A DNA stretch of 63,589 bases, the filler included, from Sluysia triapertura (Eukaryota), in NCBI GenBank assembly GCA_046118255.1. It is 4 parts of 4 records of this genome, joined end to end, with 100 filler letters (N's around TTAATTAATTAA, not from the genome) between each part and the next. Parts side by side here need not be neighbours in the genome. Positions count along the whole stretch, not along the records: positions 26,824 to 51,241 come from JBJNIA010191828.1; positions 51,342 to 63,589 come from JBJNIA010125855.1; 2 more parts are not named here. One strand, given 5' to 3'. The notes beneath the pieces are model-generated. The model searched no databases, was not told the origin of the DNA, and worked only from the letters and a program-made list of their open reading frames with translations. The position numbers and the translations under genes are program-made. Positions 40,521-53,499 of this stretch are shown here, piece by piece. The first letter of the stretch is position 1. The number at the start of each line of letters is the position of its first letter.

Positions 40521-41032
40521 TCCTAGGTCTTATTTTAATCGTTTAATTTTTAACGATATTACACCAATATCTCACTTTGCGTCGGGGTTACGTTCTTAAT
40601 AAACCATGTAAAGATCGAAGATAGGTTCCAGGGTTACGAAAATACTACTTTTTAAAAAGAAAATTGAACAAAGTAAACATTTAAAAAACAAAAATAATGT
40701 AAATTAATTGAAACTGAACTCTAAAATTAGCAAAACAAAAGAAAATTGCGTTGATTTTCAGTTAGAAAGAGAATACCCAAGTTTTGATGGCATGACACAA
40801 TTAGAAACAAAAGTGGTGCCATCTTTTAGAAGAAAAAGAAAATTAAAGACTCGAACCCAAACAACGCAACATCGAAAATTTAACGACGCACAGTGAAAAT
40901 TAGTACTAATTAAACAACGAAGCAACTTCGAAAAAATGCAAAACGTAACGACGCAAAGCGAGGTATTGCATGATAAATATTAAAAATGAAATGATTAAAG
41001 TTTATCTAAATAATAGTTATAATATTTCAATA

Positions 41033-41750
41033 ATGGATAAATATAAAACATTTTTTAATAATTTCAAAATCAAATTACCAAAGTATTCTTCAGCATAAAA
41101 CCTTAGAACTTACGTCAGAGAAGTAGAATCATAATATAATAGTCAAATGACCTCTTCTAAAATCTACGAACTAGCCGTTTCTTGTATGACTAGGATCTTA
41201 GGCTAACTCATTTATTGATCAGAGTAAGTTTAAGTATTAACAAAAACCCGACAATGTAAACCTCGGTGCATTCAGTACATGAATAATATTTTGAAAATTT
41301 TATTTTTATTTTACGAATTATTTAAATTGCTGTTCAGATAAACATGTTTCAAGTTAGACTAGCAAACGTAAAAGGAATGTATCATAAATTATATCAAAAT
41401 AAGTGGTTTTAAGTAACTATCGATTTTCTTTATGAACATGAATTAGATATACATGTGATTTTTGGGGCGATTCAGCGATCTTGCTTAGACACATTGCATC
41501 AAAAAGAAACTTGACGATTAAGATATTAAATAAAACAAGAGATATTACAAAAAAATGATGCACCAAATTCTAAACAATGTTGGAGATCAATTTATATGAC
41601 AGCGCTATATAAGGTTATACCTTATATAAATTTAAAAGACTGTAAACAAGAACTAAAAAATGCAATTTTAAAATTTTCAGTTGAGACAAGAGAAATCAAC
41701 TTTAAAAATGAGAGAAAATTCAAATTATACATTCTCAGAAAACACAAATA
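41033..41750 (+). mobile_element. gag-like relic
   Basis: MDKYKTFF..KLPKYSSA*NLRTYVREVE resembles a retrotransposon Gag N-terminus; many stops. Confidence 0.35.
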
Positions 41751-42429
41751 TAACCGAACTGCAAACTTAAATAAAAATTAGATATCAAAAACAAAAAATG
41801 TAATTTCTTTTATGTCATTTTATGTTATCTTCACTATTATTCATTTCCTTCTGCGAATAGTAGTCTTATTGATTTTGTTCTGAAGTCACTGCTTGATTTT
41901 TGTTCGTCGTGCAGGGAAGGACTGAATGGCACAATTGTGTACATTGGGACAGTGAGAATCTACCGGAGTTACAGTGTGAGCTGGAATCGGCAGCACTGGT
42001 TTAGTTGGCTAATTTTTCTTTGATGGAACTGTTAATGGTGGATACTAAAATGTTTCCTGTTGTTAACGAGTTCCCCCATTTACAAGAAGATGGAGTACGT
42101 GCGCACTATACCAAAGATATTAAACAATGGCTTGATAAAATATTTCCTGGAAGTTGGATTGAACGCCGAGGACCAATTTGACACCGCCTGATTTTTTTCT
42201 GTAAGTTCTAAAAAGCGCAGTTTATGCTAAAAAGCCTAGGACAATTGATCAACTAAAACAAAGTATTCAGCACGAATGGAGCCAAATTTCAGAGGAACCT
42301 TGTCAGAAAGTATATCGCAGTGTTGTCAAAAGAAGGTGGACATTTTAAATATTTGTAAATACTAAATATACATATTAAATTTGTCGTTTTTATTTAAGTT
42401 TGCGGTTCGGTTACTTTTGGGACACCTTG
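41751..42429 (+). mobile_element. Tc1/mariner (rosa/DD41D-like) deletion derivative, family A
   Basis: Transposase scraps VTV*AGI, FFFDGTVNG, QEDG..AH, WL...FPGSWIERRG, LTPPDFFL, VYAKKPRT; right TIR ...GGGACACCTTG|TA. Confidence 0.85.
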
Positions 42430-42554
42430 TATGTTTAGATATATTAATAATACATTAATAGGGACATTTCAGAAGAAAATATTTTCCTAAATTGAAATAA
42501 TTACATAATAAAATATTCCCCAAAAATGAGAAGGCTTGAAAATGTCTTACTTAC

Positions 42555-42814
42555 TCGTGAAACCTTTGAAACCGCTTGTTGATACAACTTTTTGAAAGCG
42601 AATAATATTCCAATATTTCGATACGCTTTCACGAAATTGTCTACATCTTCTAAATTCGATAAATCTTGACGTAGCTTTTGATAGTTCCAACAGCGAGTAC
42701 CGTTTATAGCATTCAAGGCGCTTTTATTTCTTGTGACAAACAAGCGCAAATCATGAACATATTTTATTATTTTTATAAATAGTTTCTCATTCATTAATTT
42801 CATTCCAAATGGAC
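42555..42814 (-). CDS. NCKAP1: exon of Nck-associated protein 1 (Nap1/Hem, WAVE complex)
   Basis: GPFGMKLMNEKL..LRLFV..VDNFVK..IGILFAFKKLYQQAV matches NCKAP1 GPYGMKFLSESL..VDSVLK..IGVILSFRSLAQEAL; TTCAG acceptor, GTAAGT donor. Confidence 0.85.
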
Positions 42815-43244
42815 CTGAAGTGATTTAAATAATCGATAATAATAATACATTTATAAATATTGTTGAAAATCATTCGAAAATAAAAACATTTTAAATAAAC
42901 TTGTATTACATTTACTTTACAATATGAAAATATCCACAAACATTCACTTTATAACTATCGAAATATCAAGAAGTACTAAGGAACATCTTCAAACACAAAT
43001 TAGTAAACAAACATAAAGAAAGAAGACAAAAGTCTATCACAATTAATTATGGATCAAAGACAGAAGCCAATAAAACAAGGAAAATTATCTAAAAAGTGAC
43101 AAATGAATAAAGTACATAATCAGAATTATAGTATATAGTGAAAAAAATGGCTATACAGACGTGTGTAAGATCCAAATTATCAAAGATATAACTTGATGAA
43201 AATTAAATAGTTAGTGGAAAATATCGTATATAAACATCAAAAAT

Positions 43245-43547
43245 TGTCCCAAATCAACCGAACCGCAAATTTAAATAAAAATTAGATATCAAAAACCACA
43301 AATGTAATTTCTTCTTTTATGTCATTTTATGTTATCTTCATTTCCTTTTGTTGCGTGATCTTACTGATTTTGTCCCGATGTCATTGCTCAAGTTTCAGAA
43401 GAAACTTGCCAGAAAGTATGTCTCAGTGTTGTCAAAAGATGTTGTGCTTATATAGAAGTTCAAGGTGGACATTTTGAACATTTGTAAATACTTAATATAA
43501 ACCTATTAAATTTGTCGTTTTTGATATCTAGTTTGCGGTTCGGTTAC
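43245..43547 (+). mobile_element. MITE, Tc1/mariner family A
   Basis: partial TIRs AACCGAACCGCAAA / TTTGCGGTTCGGTT; transposase C-terminus GGHFEHL*. Confidence 0.85.
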
Positions 43548-45416
43548 ATTGTTCAAAATTAGTTAAATTTAAGAATATTTTCACTTTTCAATGTGTTTTT
43601 TGGTTGCCAATAAAAGCAATAATAGAATTCAAAATCATGACAATAATTTACAAATGCTTATATTACGAAGTCATGGATATTTTTTAGAAATAATGCGAAA
43701 ATTGGAAACCAAGATGAATATTTCATTGAGGCATGATAATATATACAGAATCCACAGTGATAACAAACTAGGTAATATGTTGTATACCATTTATGTCTCA
43801 AAAATATACAACCACTTACAATAGAATGTCAAATTGCTGGAAGATTATAAAATATTTCAGAAAAAAGCAAAGTTCTTTTTGTTTCAGAAATATCATGGTG
43901 AATGATTTACCTTAAGCGGTTTTGAGTACTTTCGCGGTAGATATGAGCGCAATATAAAGTAATATATTATTATTAATAATAAAATATAAATTACATTAGA
44001 AATTAATTCTATTTAAATATGAAATAATAAACTATGTGTAGTTCAAAGATAATTATTTTAAAATAATCTAAAAAGTTTGTTTATGTAAACATTAATTCAC
44101 TTATTTTATTTATTTTAAAATAAACAATATCAATTATTTAGTTATTATTAAGTTAAAACAAATAAGTGATTTAATATCTGAATTTTAAATGAAGAGATTT
44201 TTATTTCAGATCTTTATTATTTATTCTATTATTCTTTACCATCTTTTCTTATAAAGCGATTGATTTTCTTTGAAGTGCTTTGAGAGATTTAGCACAATGT
44301 GAAATTTTCCTGTCATGCGTTATTTGTGTGTGGTAAAATGGCTGTGCTTGGAATTAAGGTGGTAGAAAAAATTTGAAATGATTTGATGTCTCATTTATAA
44401 TCGGACAATTTCAAGTGAAAAAAATTAGTATATAAATTAGTGTATTTAGAAAATCATATTATCATTTATTAGCAATTATTATGAATCACATGGATCAAAG
44501 ATATAACCAATACCAAAGGCCGAATGGAAAGATAAATTGAATCCGAAAAAGAAAATGTCGACTCATTAGAAATTATCATAATCAATGATGAAACAGTACC
44601 CAAATCACCGGAGAGTAAAATTGTAGTAAAACAATTAATGTTCAATTAATGATTTTTCCGAATTGTGTCTAAGTACACCGCTCTCTTTCAATTTGTAAAC
44701 TAGTACTGAAAATGATGCGGAGTTAATTTTATTGCGATTGTAACCAATAAGATTGTTCCGATTTTACTACATATTTGCTACCATGGCTAGAATCGTTCTA
44801 CCTTTTCTACAATGATTTCTACATAATATTTTTATCACAATCAAGGTTTTTCCATAGATTTTTTTGGTTAACAATAGATTCTTGTTTATGTTGTTTCTAT
44901 GGTGATTTGATTTATTCGATATTTTTCATTTTATTTAATTATTACTTTATTATTAATTTAATTTATTCTATAATAAATAATAATAATAATAATAAACAGT
45001 ATTTTAACCCAATATATGCACCAGTGCCTCCATTTCTGAAACATCTGTGTATTCATCGACTGGTAAACTGGAACTGTGATCTTTGTTTTGTGAAGGTAAT
45101 GGCAGAAAGCACGAATAAGTCGGACTAAAGATAATGTTGGGTTGTTCAAGTATAACATCTAAATACCACTGACTGTACAATTCAGATAATGTTTCATGAT
45201 TCTAAATTTAATTGACTAATTAAACAACCAATAAAATTAAACAAAGAGATCATTTGGTTTCTTTTAGTTTCTATTTCAATCGAAATCGATCATCACTATA
45301 AATTCGATATTAAAGTGTGCTTTCACAAAAAAACAGACACTGAAGATATCGATCTCTGTATGGTCAATTTTTACTTATTTTGTCTGTAATAAATCATCAA
45401 TTCCTTGAAATAAATA

Positions 45417-45780
45417 CAAGGTGTCCCAAAAGTAACCGAACCGCAAAAACAACAAATGTAATTTCTTCTTTTGTCATTTTATGTTATCTTCGCTACTATT
45501 CATTTCCTTCTGCGAATAGTAGTCTTTGGAATGACTTTTGTTGCCTGATCTTATTGATTTTGTTCAGCGTGCGCTTCTGGACCGCCATTCTTAAAAATGC
45601 AGCGAAGGAAACTTGCCAGAAAGTATGTCTCAGTGTTGTCAAAATATCTCATATTTGTATTGAAGTTCACGGTGAACATTTTGAACATTTGTAAATACTA
45701 AATATACCTTATTAAATTTGTCGTTTTCGATATCTAATTTTTGTTTAAGTTTGCGATTCGGTTACTTTTGGGACACCTTG
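45417..45780 (+). mobile_element. complete MITE, Tc1/mariner family A
   Basis: TA|CAAGGTGTCCCAAAAGTAACCGAA ... TTCGGTTACTTTTGGGACACCTTG|TA. Confidence 0.92.
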
Positions 45781-46339
45781 TAATATGGTAAGACCTCTAC
45801 ATAACAAATATATGCTATAATATTTATTTTTTGAAATTTTCTACTAATATTTTTTCTCCTGAAATAACTTTTGAGCTGATATTATTATGTCTGCTTTGGA
45901 AACATTCAAACCATCCCCATTTGAATCTTTAAAAGTATCCTTTCCAATTTCAATTCGTAGTGCCACAGTCTTGATCATGAAGTTTTTGTGTCGTTTCTTA
46001 ACAAACCACTCTCATACACTAAACTATCAATTTTTAAAGTGGAGAATAAACTCTTTTTGCACCTTTAAACTCATTCATTCACTTTATTTTTAAGAATTTT
46101 GTTTATGACCAATAATTTTCAACACTTAAGTATTCAAATTGCTTTTAATAATCATGTACTTATTCAGATTCTTTCTTTACTTCTTTTCAATTCCACTGCT
46201 ATATTTAGAATTTTGGGTGAATTTTCAAACTTATCTGCTATCATCAGTTAAAATGTTATATGAAACTATGGTATAAATAGCACGAAAGTAGACAGAATAT
46301 ATTATTTTTATTATTACTTAAACCTATAGTAATCAGAAC

Positions 46340-46690
46340 AAAAATATTAATGACAACTGTCAGATCTGGCTCTAAAGTGATTATCTTCAATGTCGCTGCT
46401 ATTTCATTATAAGCACAACGCATAAGTTGTTGTTGTTGTTGTTTATGCTGTTGTAAAATAAAATGTACTACAGGATTCATTGTAATTCTATATAATTAAC
46501 CCTTTCCGTACGAGTATATTTCGCAATATGGCAAAAAAATCCGTTATAAAATTGTTCATATTTCGCCAAGTAAAACTGCCTATCACTGATAGTATCACTA
46601 GGGTCATTTCTTTCTATTTCTGGAATCATAATGGCGAGAAATAACAGTAACAAACTCATTTCGAAAAATATAGAAATCCGAATGAAAGTA
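46340..46690 (-). pseudogene. NCKAP1: NCKAP1 C-terminal-region fragment, interrupted
   Basis: SLLLLFLAIMIP..YEQFYNGFFC[insert]LMRCAYNEIAATL vs [33 protein letters not shown]. Confidence 0.65.
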
Positions 46691-46963
46691 ATGAAGCGAC
46701 GAGACTAGTAAACTATTTATCCATAATCATAGTTTAGGAATTCCGTAATTCTAACAAACAAATCAAGCTCTAACATAAATAAACAACGCATTCTCAACAT
46801 ATATGCAGCTCAATAAGCGTTATTCGGCTATTAAAACAAGTAAACAAGTAAGAACGCTTATTGATGCTACCCGGCTGTCGCGGAAGTTACTCAAAAACGC
46901 AAAAACATTAAACTTATTTGAGTTTTGTTAATTATTTATAATTTAATCTTTATTATTACTAAC

Positions 46964-47310
46964 GTATTTGTCATACTTCAATGATTGCTGCATAAATATT
47001 GATTTAAAAATGACATTCGGATTTACACAAGCGTATTCGTTAACTCGTACTACCGCATTCATCATAATTTTCAAAATTTGGAGCATTTCTGATGGTTTGT
47101 GCATACATTCTCTTGAAACTTGTTTAGGTCGTTCCATTCTATGAATTAAAATTAAATTGATAAGTTTTGAGTCGCACACACAATTTAGTCAAAGAATAAA
47201 CAATAGCTCATTTGGAAATACTTGTAGCACTTTCTTTTGCACAAGCAATTAACCATTTCTTGCGGTATTGTGCACGCGTAACAATTGATGAGCGAAAATA
47301 AATGTATTCA
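46964..47310 (-). pseudogene. NCKAP1: NCKAP1 central exon, 5' part disrupted
   Basis: KPSEMLQILKIMMNAVVRVNEYACVNPNVIFKSIFMQQS vs [45 protein letters not shown] donor; in-frame stop upstream. Confidence 0.75.
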
Positions 47311-47380
47311 ATATATTAAAAAGTTCAAATAAATCAGGAGGGATTAATTATAAACTATCAAATGATTGGAAAAACAAATA

Positions 47381-48103
47381 CAGGGTGATTGAAAAGTAAA
47401 ATTTAATTCAAAAGCCGTAATGTGCTTCTCAATTTTTGTATATATCTTACTTAATGTATGACAATTTAATCTATGCTCTCGTTTTCTTTTTAGATCTTTT
47501 TTGTGAATTTGTTTTAATTAATTCGTTTGAAATTTCAAAACCCTACAAAAACTATTCTCTGGAGTGAAATCATTACTAGACAGAAGATCATCGTGTTACT
47601 TGTGAAAAAGTGCAGAAACGACCTACAGTGACGGTAAGGTTTGGAATGGCTTCGGATAGAATTGTGCGTCCATTTACACTATGTTTAGAGATGAAGTTTG
47701 GCCAATTATCAATGCTTTGGACAATATTGAAGATTTTATTTTTATGCAAGATGGAGCTCCTTCACACTTTGCTATCACTGTTCATGAATGGCTGAATAAA
47801 TTTTCCGGAAGACGAATGGCCTGACTTAACACCATGCGACTTTTTTTTACTCGGATTGGTTGAAAGAACAAGCCTACTCAACCAAACCAAGAAATTTGGA
47901 AGATCTTGAAGGGTTTTTTGTGAAATCAATTGATGTGAATCCTGGTCGACTTGAGAAACTAGTGGGCCGAATGATGGTGTCTATATTGAATTTTAAATAA
48001 AGTCCATACAATATACTTTCTTATATTTATTAAACATATAAATTATATTTAAATTATAAACTACAGTTATTTTAAAATAGGGAGTTACTTTTCAATCGCC
48101 TTG
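47381..48103 (+). mobile_element. Tc1/mariner (rosa/DD41D-like) deletion derivative, family B
   Basis: TA|CAGGGTGATTGAAAAGTAA ... TTACTTTTCAATCGCCTTG|TA; FMQDGAPSH, PDLTPCDFF, WLKEQAY. Confidence 0.9.
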
Positions 48104-48989
48104 TACATTATTAGAATATTTTTGACTGGCTGATAACTATTAACTAACAAAAAATCGTTATACCCTGTAATTCTTATTTCCTTTAAAAACAGAATAATTT
48201 ACGATTTTATTATTTTAACAATACAATATATAGATTAATTCTTTATTATTTATCGATTTAATACTTAATTAATTGATGATTATTTAGCATATTTATACAG
48301 TTAATCTTTATTATTCGATGTAGGTAGCAATTAAATATGAACTTCCGAATTTATAAAGTCGTGTGTGCACAAAAAAGATATGAAATAATGAAATGTTGTT
48401 ACGTCGATTGAATGTGACTTTGACTGTGACTTGTGTCATCATGGAAGATGTATTTCACTCCTTCTGTGTAATCATAAAATTCTATTATGTACAAATTAAA
48501 TTTACTTTTCAGAGTATGAAAACATAAAATTTTATTAATATTTAAATATACTTCACATACTATCATTACTATACATATTTAATACGGTTTTATAACTAGC
48601 ATCTTGTTTAATTGTATACTTAAGACAAATTTATTATTAATCATTGAGAAGTTAATTAAATTATAAAGAGATTATTATGGATCTTTGAAGGATTATTTGT
48701 GGCTCCCGAGTTCCTTTTCATTTTTGTATTATTATATTTCAAAAATTTATTATCGCTTATTATGTGTTTCAAAATGTCTTAAACTACTGACAGCAAATAT
48801 GAAAGACTAAGTGCAACGCTTCATTTTCGTCCAAGTTAAGAATGATATGACTCATCGAAAAAAAAACATTTTTAATACCTTTTGGCATACCTTTTTAATA
48901 CGTATTTAATTGCGACTCGCGAAAAATTTCAAATTTTGAAAAATTATAGCTTGGCCACCCCTGTTATAAGTAGAAGGATATCATACATT

Positions 48990-49256
48990 AATACTTGAAT
49001 TCCATCCAGAATCAATACGAGAACCAACAAGAATGTAAACTTGGAATAACTGATTTATTCATCAATTTTTCTTTGAAAATCAACAATGCTGTTAGGTTTA
49101 ATTTCCATATTGTACTATTCAATTTCGAAAAAACAGTGTCACATTTATTAAGTATAATACACATTATTAAAATTCATTTGCATCTGAAGTAGCTAATTCA
49201 CATTATATTGGATTTACGCACTTACATCATTTTTTTCAAACAATAAGAAAGCCTAG
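48990..49256 (-). pseudogene. possible further decayed NCKAP1 exon
   Basis: weak peptide similarity (QYNVN*L..DA, LVGSRID); same strand and upstream of the other fragments. Confidence 0.3.
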
Positions 49257-49419
49257 ATTTGTGGCTATTTTTGTTTTGAATTATTATTATTACTTTATCG
49301 TTATTAAGTTAAAATTTCTTTATTTCTTACACAAACTTTAGCATCAGTTACATATTATGTGGTGTTGCAATGTCTGCCATGCGGAATGTCACATGATTTG
49401 AAGTAGAAATGGTTTACTA

Positions 49420-49879
49420 TTGGGTTGGTGCATAAATTCGTGAGGTTTTATTTGCTGCAAAGAAAACACACCAACTTCTTGTTTTAAATGATATGAGTTA
49501 TATTCGTTCAGCTGAATTATCTATTTAAATCATTTTAGACTAACTTTCACTTTCATTACCCTCATTAAAATGGAGTGTCAGGTAGGTAAAAATGAACATT
49601 TTCGGTATCTACTCCTTTTCTATCTTAATCAACATTTAAACGCTGCTGAAAACGAAGAAGCAATAACAACGTGGATTTAAGAATTTTTCGAACAAAAATC
49701 ACCAATCTTCTTCAAACGTGGGATTGATAAACTGTCAGAACGGTGAAAGGAAGTGATCGATTGTGGCGGAGAATATCTCAATGATTTTGTTATTTGTAAT
49801 TTTTTGCATGGTTTTTATTTTTGATCAGTATGCATTTTTCATAATTGTAAAAACCACACGAACTTAAGCACCAATCTAA
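49420..49879 (+). mobile_element. mariner internal-deletion derivative
   Basis: TA|TTGGGTTGGTGCATAAATTCGTG ... CACGAACTTAAGCACCAATCTAA|TA; N-terminus KNEHFRYLLLF fused to C-terminus FFKRGIDKLSER*KEVIDCGGEY. Confidence 0.9.
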
Positions 49880-50083
49880 TAAATAACTTTTCTTTGTTGA
49901 TTCTTTGATCTTTTCATAAATTATGTATTGTCGGAGTATAAATAGCAAAGTATAAAATTATTTATTGGTTTAAAAAAAAGGTATTTGTAAATAACAAGAA
50001 AATTTTATAAAAATCTTTACTAATTTAAGTAAATAAATAAAATTTATTGGGTTTAAAAATATTAAATTAAAGGATAAAATATA

Positions 50084-50368
50084 GAGGGTGGTCGCTAGAA
50101 AAGCGGAAAATTTGTCAAACAGTTATTTATTTTAACAATGTTTTTTAAAGACATAAGTTATAGATGCTCTTAGATACTCAAAATGTCGTCTGTGCACTTC
50201 AGAACAGCGTTTTAACCTAGAAATCCAAGCTCGTGTAGCGTTTTGAAGAGTAACTTGTGAGATATCATACCAAACTCGTTTTCAATAGAGTTTATGTCAC
50301 GTTTAGTAACGTTGTAAATGTTATTCTTTGTAAAAATAAATAGCTTTTTGACACATTTTCCGCTTTTC
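50084..50368 (-). mobile_element. Tc1/mariner MITE
   Basis: inverted GAAAAGCGGAAAAT.TGTCAAA / TTTGACAC.TTTTCCGCTTTTC. Confidence 0.65.
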
Positions 50369-50989
50369 AAAAAATTGAAGTAATTTTTATTATTCAGGAA
50401 ATATAATTAAGTATTAGAATTGCATTATGGATATATTTTTGGTGTAACATCTACAACAAATAGACGTAAATTTATATTCATATTAAAGGATAGTTAGTTA
50501 ATCGACTGAATTATTTTAATTACGCAGAAAGATAACGTGAAAATGTTATAATTGTTCGACATAACGACGCGATAGATTTGATTGCAGCGAATTTTCATAC
50601 AATTTTTATGATTTAATCTGGAATTTTGCAATTGATATTCGAAAATTGGAATTTAACTACCTTCGAAATTATTGATATAGCTGTTGACAATTTTAGAATA
50701 AATCGTAAGTTGATATTAACATAATCAACTTTAATATAATGGTTAAAGTAAAATGCAACAGTTTTTAAAAGAGTATAACATTAGGCTCAAACTTCAAGCT
50801 AAAATTTTATTTAGTTTTATTTAGTGATGACCAAATTATTAATACTATTATTAAACTATTAATACATGCCATTTACCGACGGTTGTCACGGAAAATGTAA
50901 AGTGTTGGAAAATAAATACTTTCTCCAAAAAATTCTGATGAAAGTAAAATAATAGATAAAAATACTGAGATTCAAAACCTACAGAAATT

Positions 50990-51241
50990 CTATTAATGTA
51001 GAACTTCACAATTTACTGCAAATCAAATATGTACAAACTCTTGTATGCCCTCCTTTGTTATCCAATAATTTCCTGATCCTTAAGGCATGCCACTGTTGAG
51101 CTTGGGGCACACGTCTTTTATCTCGTCATCATGATGTCATACTTTTAGCAGGGTTTCAATAAGTTCCGTCCTGGTTTATGGATAGATTTTCTATGGGATT
51201 CATGTCTGGAGAGTTTCCAGGCCAGGGTAGCAAATATTAAG
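50990..51241 (-). mobile_element. Tc1 (DD34E) transposase C-terminal fragment
   Basis: LLPWPGNSPDMNPIENL ... GMP..IRKLLDNKGGHT. Confidence 0.85.
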
Positions 51242-51341
51242 NNNNNNNNNNNNNNNNNNNNNNNNNNNNNNNNNNNNNNNNNNNNTTAATTAATTAANNN
51301 NNNNNNNNNNNNNNNNNNNNNNNNNNNNNNNNNNNNNNNNN
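51242..51341. other. artificial contig linker
   Basis: N44-TTAATTAATTAA-N44. Confidence 0.98.
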
Positions 51342-51399
51342 ATTTTCTATATTCCTATAATTCGGCAAACAACGAGTACAAACAGTGGTTAATATATTA

Positions 51400-51940
51400 A
51401 CCATTCGTACGATAAAGGCTAATAAAGTATCTTCCAAGGTTTTAATGAATCCAAATTATTAAAACCTTTTATTTTCGGACAGGAATGGCAAGTTTTCAAT
51501 TTTACTTGATCTTTTGGTGAATACAAAGAATTTGGAAAGATGTTATTAATATCAGCGGAATTAAAAGTATTTTCTTTCTATTTGAACTGCTTTGTTAAAA
51601 ACAACAATAACTTTTGATTTCTCAATAGGGTTCTGTTTGCCAAATAAAAATCGTTAATAAACAAACTTTGAACTTATAAAATTCATTAAGTTACATGAAT
51701 ATATTTGCTTTCAAATCTTGCTTCTGAGTAATTGATAAATTAATAATCTCCATAGAAAGTACAACCGCGATATTTGAATAATTGACTTTCTATGAGACAA
51801 TTCAATTGAAATGTTGGAGTTGTTAAAAGATCAAATTTTATAACAGATAGATTGACACATACACAAATATATAAACACACATATATATAAAAATAAAGAA
51901 TAAGAAGAAAGATTAATAATAAGGATAAAAGAAATAATAA
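51400..51940 (-). pseudogene. signal peptide-LRRNT-LRR gene relic
   Basis: hydrophobic leader, CLYICVC (LRRNT-like), then ENTFNS, INNIFPNSL, FNNLDSLK. Confidence 0.45.
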
Positions 51941-52958
51941 TGATAACAATAAAGTGATTGTTATATGTTTAAAAATATTGGTATTATTGATGTTAATATG
52001 AAATTTATTATAAAAGTTATTATTTGATAATCATATGATACAACAATAATAACATAATTATTATGTATAGTTTAGTACGATTTGAATTATAATAACAATA
52101 GCTGTGGTTCATGATAATTATGTGCAATGGTTATGTTTGTTTTTTGAATGAGTTTAGTAGTTTGTTTAATGATCTGTGTTTATGTGAAGTGTTTTTATGT
52201 GATTAAGTGTTATGAATTTTATGTGATTTCCCTACACTTTCGATTCTTATTATTTTTTTGTTATAACGACTTGATTTATATTCTATTTTAATTAATATTG
52301 TTCCTAAGTACTTCCAAATATAATTAAAACTTTGTATTAGATATTAAATACGAATTGTTGTTAAAAAATATTATATACGAATTGTTATATAAAATTATCA
52401 AAAATTGTTATAACAAATTATAGACAATAAATTATTCATTATATACAGTTAACAAATTACAGCACTAAATTACAAATCGTTCTTTGAGATGAACAATTAT
52501 ACAAATTATGTTAGAAGTTATTGTATGGTAGCGAATTATATTATGATTATTCTTTGATATACTGTGATATTACAAGATTGTTCCTAAAATTGTGATGCTA
52601 AATTTGTATTTAATCCAATTAAAGTTGATTTTACTGATTTCAAATCAATGTTATTGATTCTTAATTTAAAATGCTTTGTTTTATAGAATCTCATTTTAGA
52701 ATGATTATTTGTGCAATTTCAATTTAACATTGTTATTCGTTACTAAATTTTAAATTTATATTAATTCTACGTAATGTCATTTTCAATTAATATAAAAGCA
52801 TTATAATTTCAATGATAATTTTAAATTAGAAATGAATAAAAATGGGAAAATAAAGACCTCTGAGACATTGTTAATCTTTCATCTCTACATTTTGTTTTCG
52901 GAGAGATTATAATGTATAAATCAATGTTAGTTTAATAATCTAATTTTCATTATTGTAG

Positions 52959-53159
52959 GGAAACTTAGATCCAGCTGCATTATATGCTTCTGATGAAGAA
53001 TTATTATTATTGACACGTGAAATGTTAACTAAGTTTGGCTGTCAGCGATATATTGCCAATCTAGGACATGGGATTTATCCGGATATGGATGTAAATCGTG
53101 TTAAAGCGTTTGTTGATTGTGTACATAAATTTTCGACAGATATAATACAAAATAATTAA
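52959..53159 (+). CDS. UROD: uroporphyrinogen decarboxylase, last exon
   Basis: TTGTAG|[37 protein letters not shown]; AATAAA near 53182. Confidence 0.95.
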   Translation, partial: GNLDPAALYASDEELLLLTREMLTKFGCQRYIANLGHGIYPDMDVNRVKAFVDCVHKFSTDIIQNN

Positions 53160-53499
53160 CTATCTACTTTTTGGTTTTACTAATAAATGTAGTTTGAAAT
53201 TTTGAGCTCATAAATATATTAAATAATTAAAAAAGGTATTTTTTTATTTATACATTATTAGTTTGTTTCACTTATTTAATGCATGAAATATTTTTATTAA
53301 CAAATGGCGTACAATTTATTATTTTGTTTTTCAGGTAATTAGTTGAGTACGTTCGGCTTTATATATTTTCCGAATTATGTACAAAACTGTGCAAAAACAA
53401 TTCATAATTAATCTCACTATTTTTGATTTTATTACAAACAAATATACAGGTATATAAATTAAAATTCGATATGAAATAAACTAAAAATTAGATTCGAAA

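Noticed and set aside
43580-43920. GPCR-like TM3-TM4 relic on the minus strand
   Set aside because: Only hydrophobicity and a weak CK..W pattern, with several stops.
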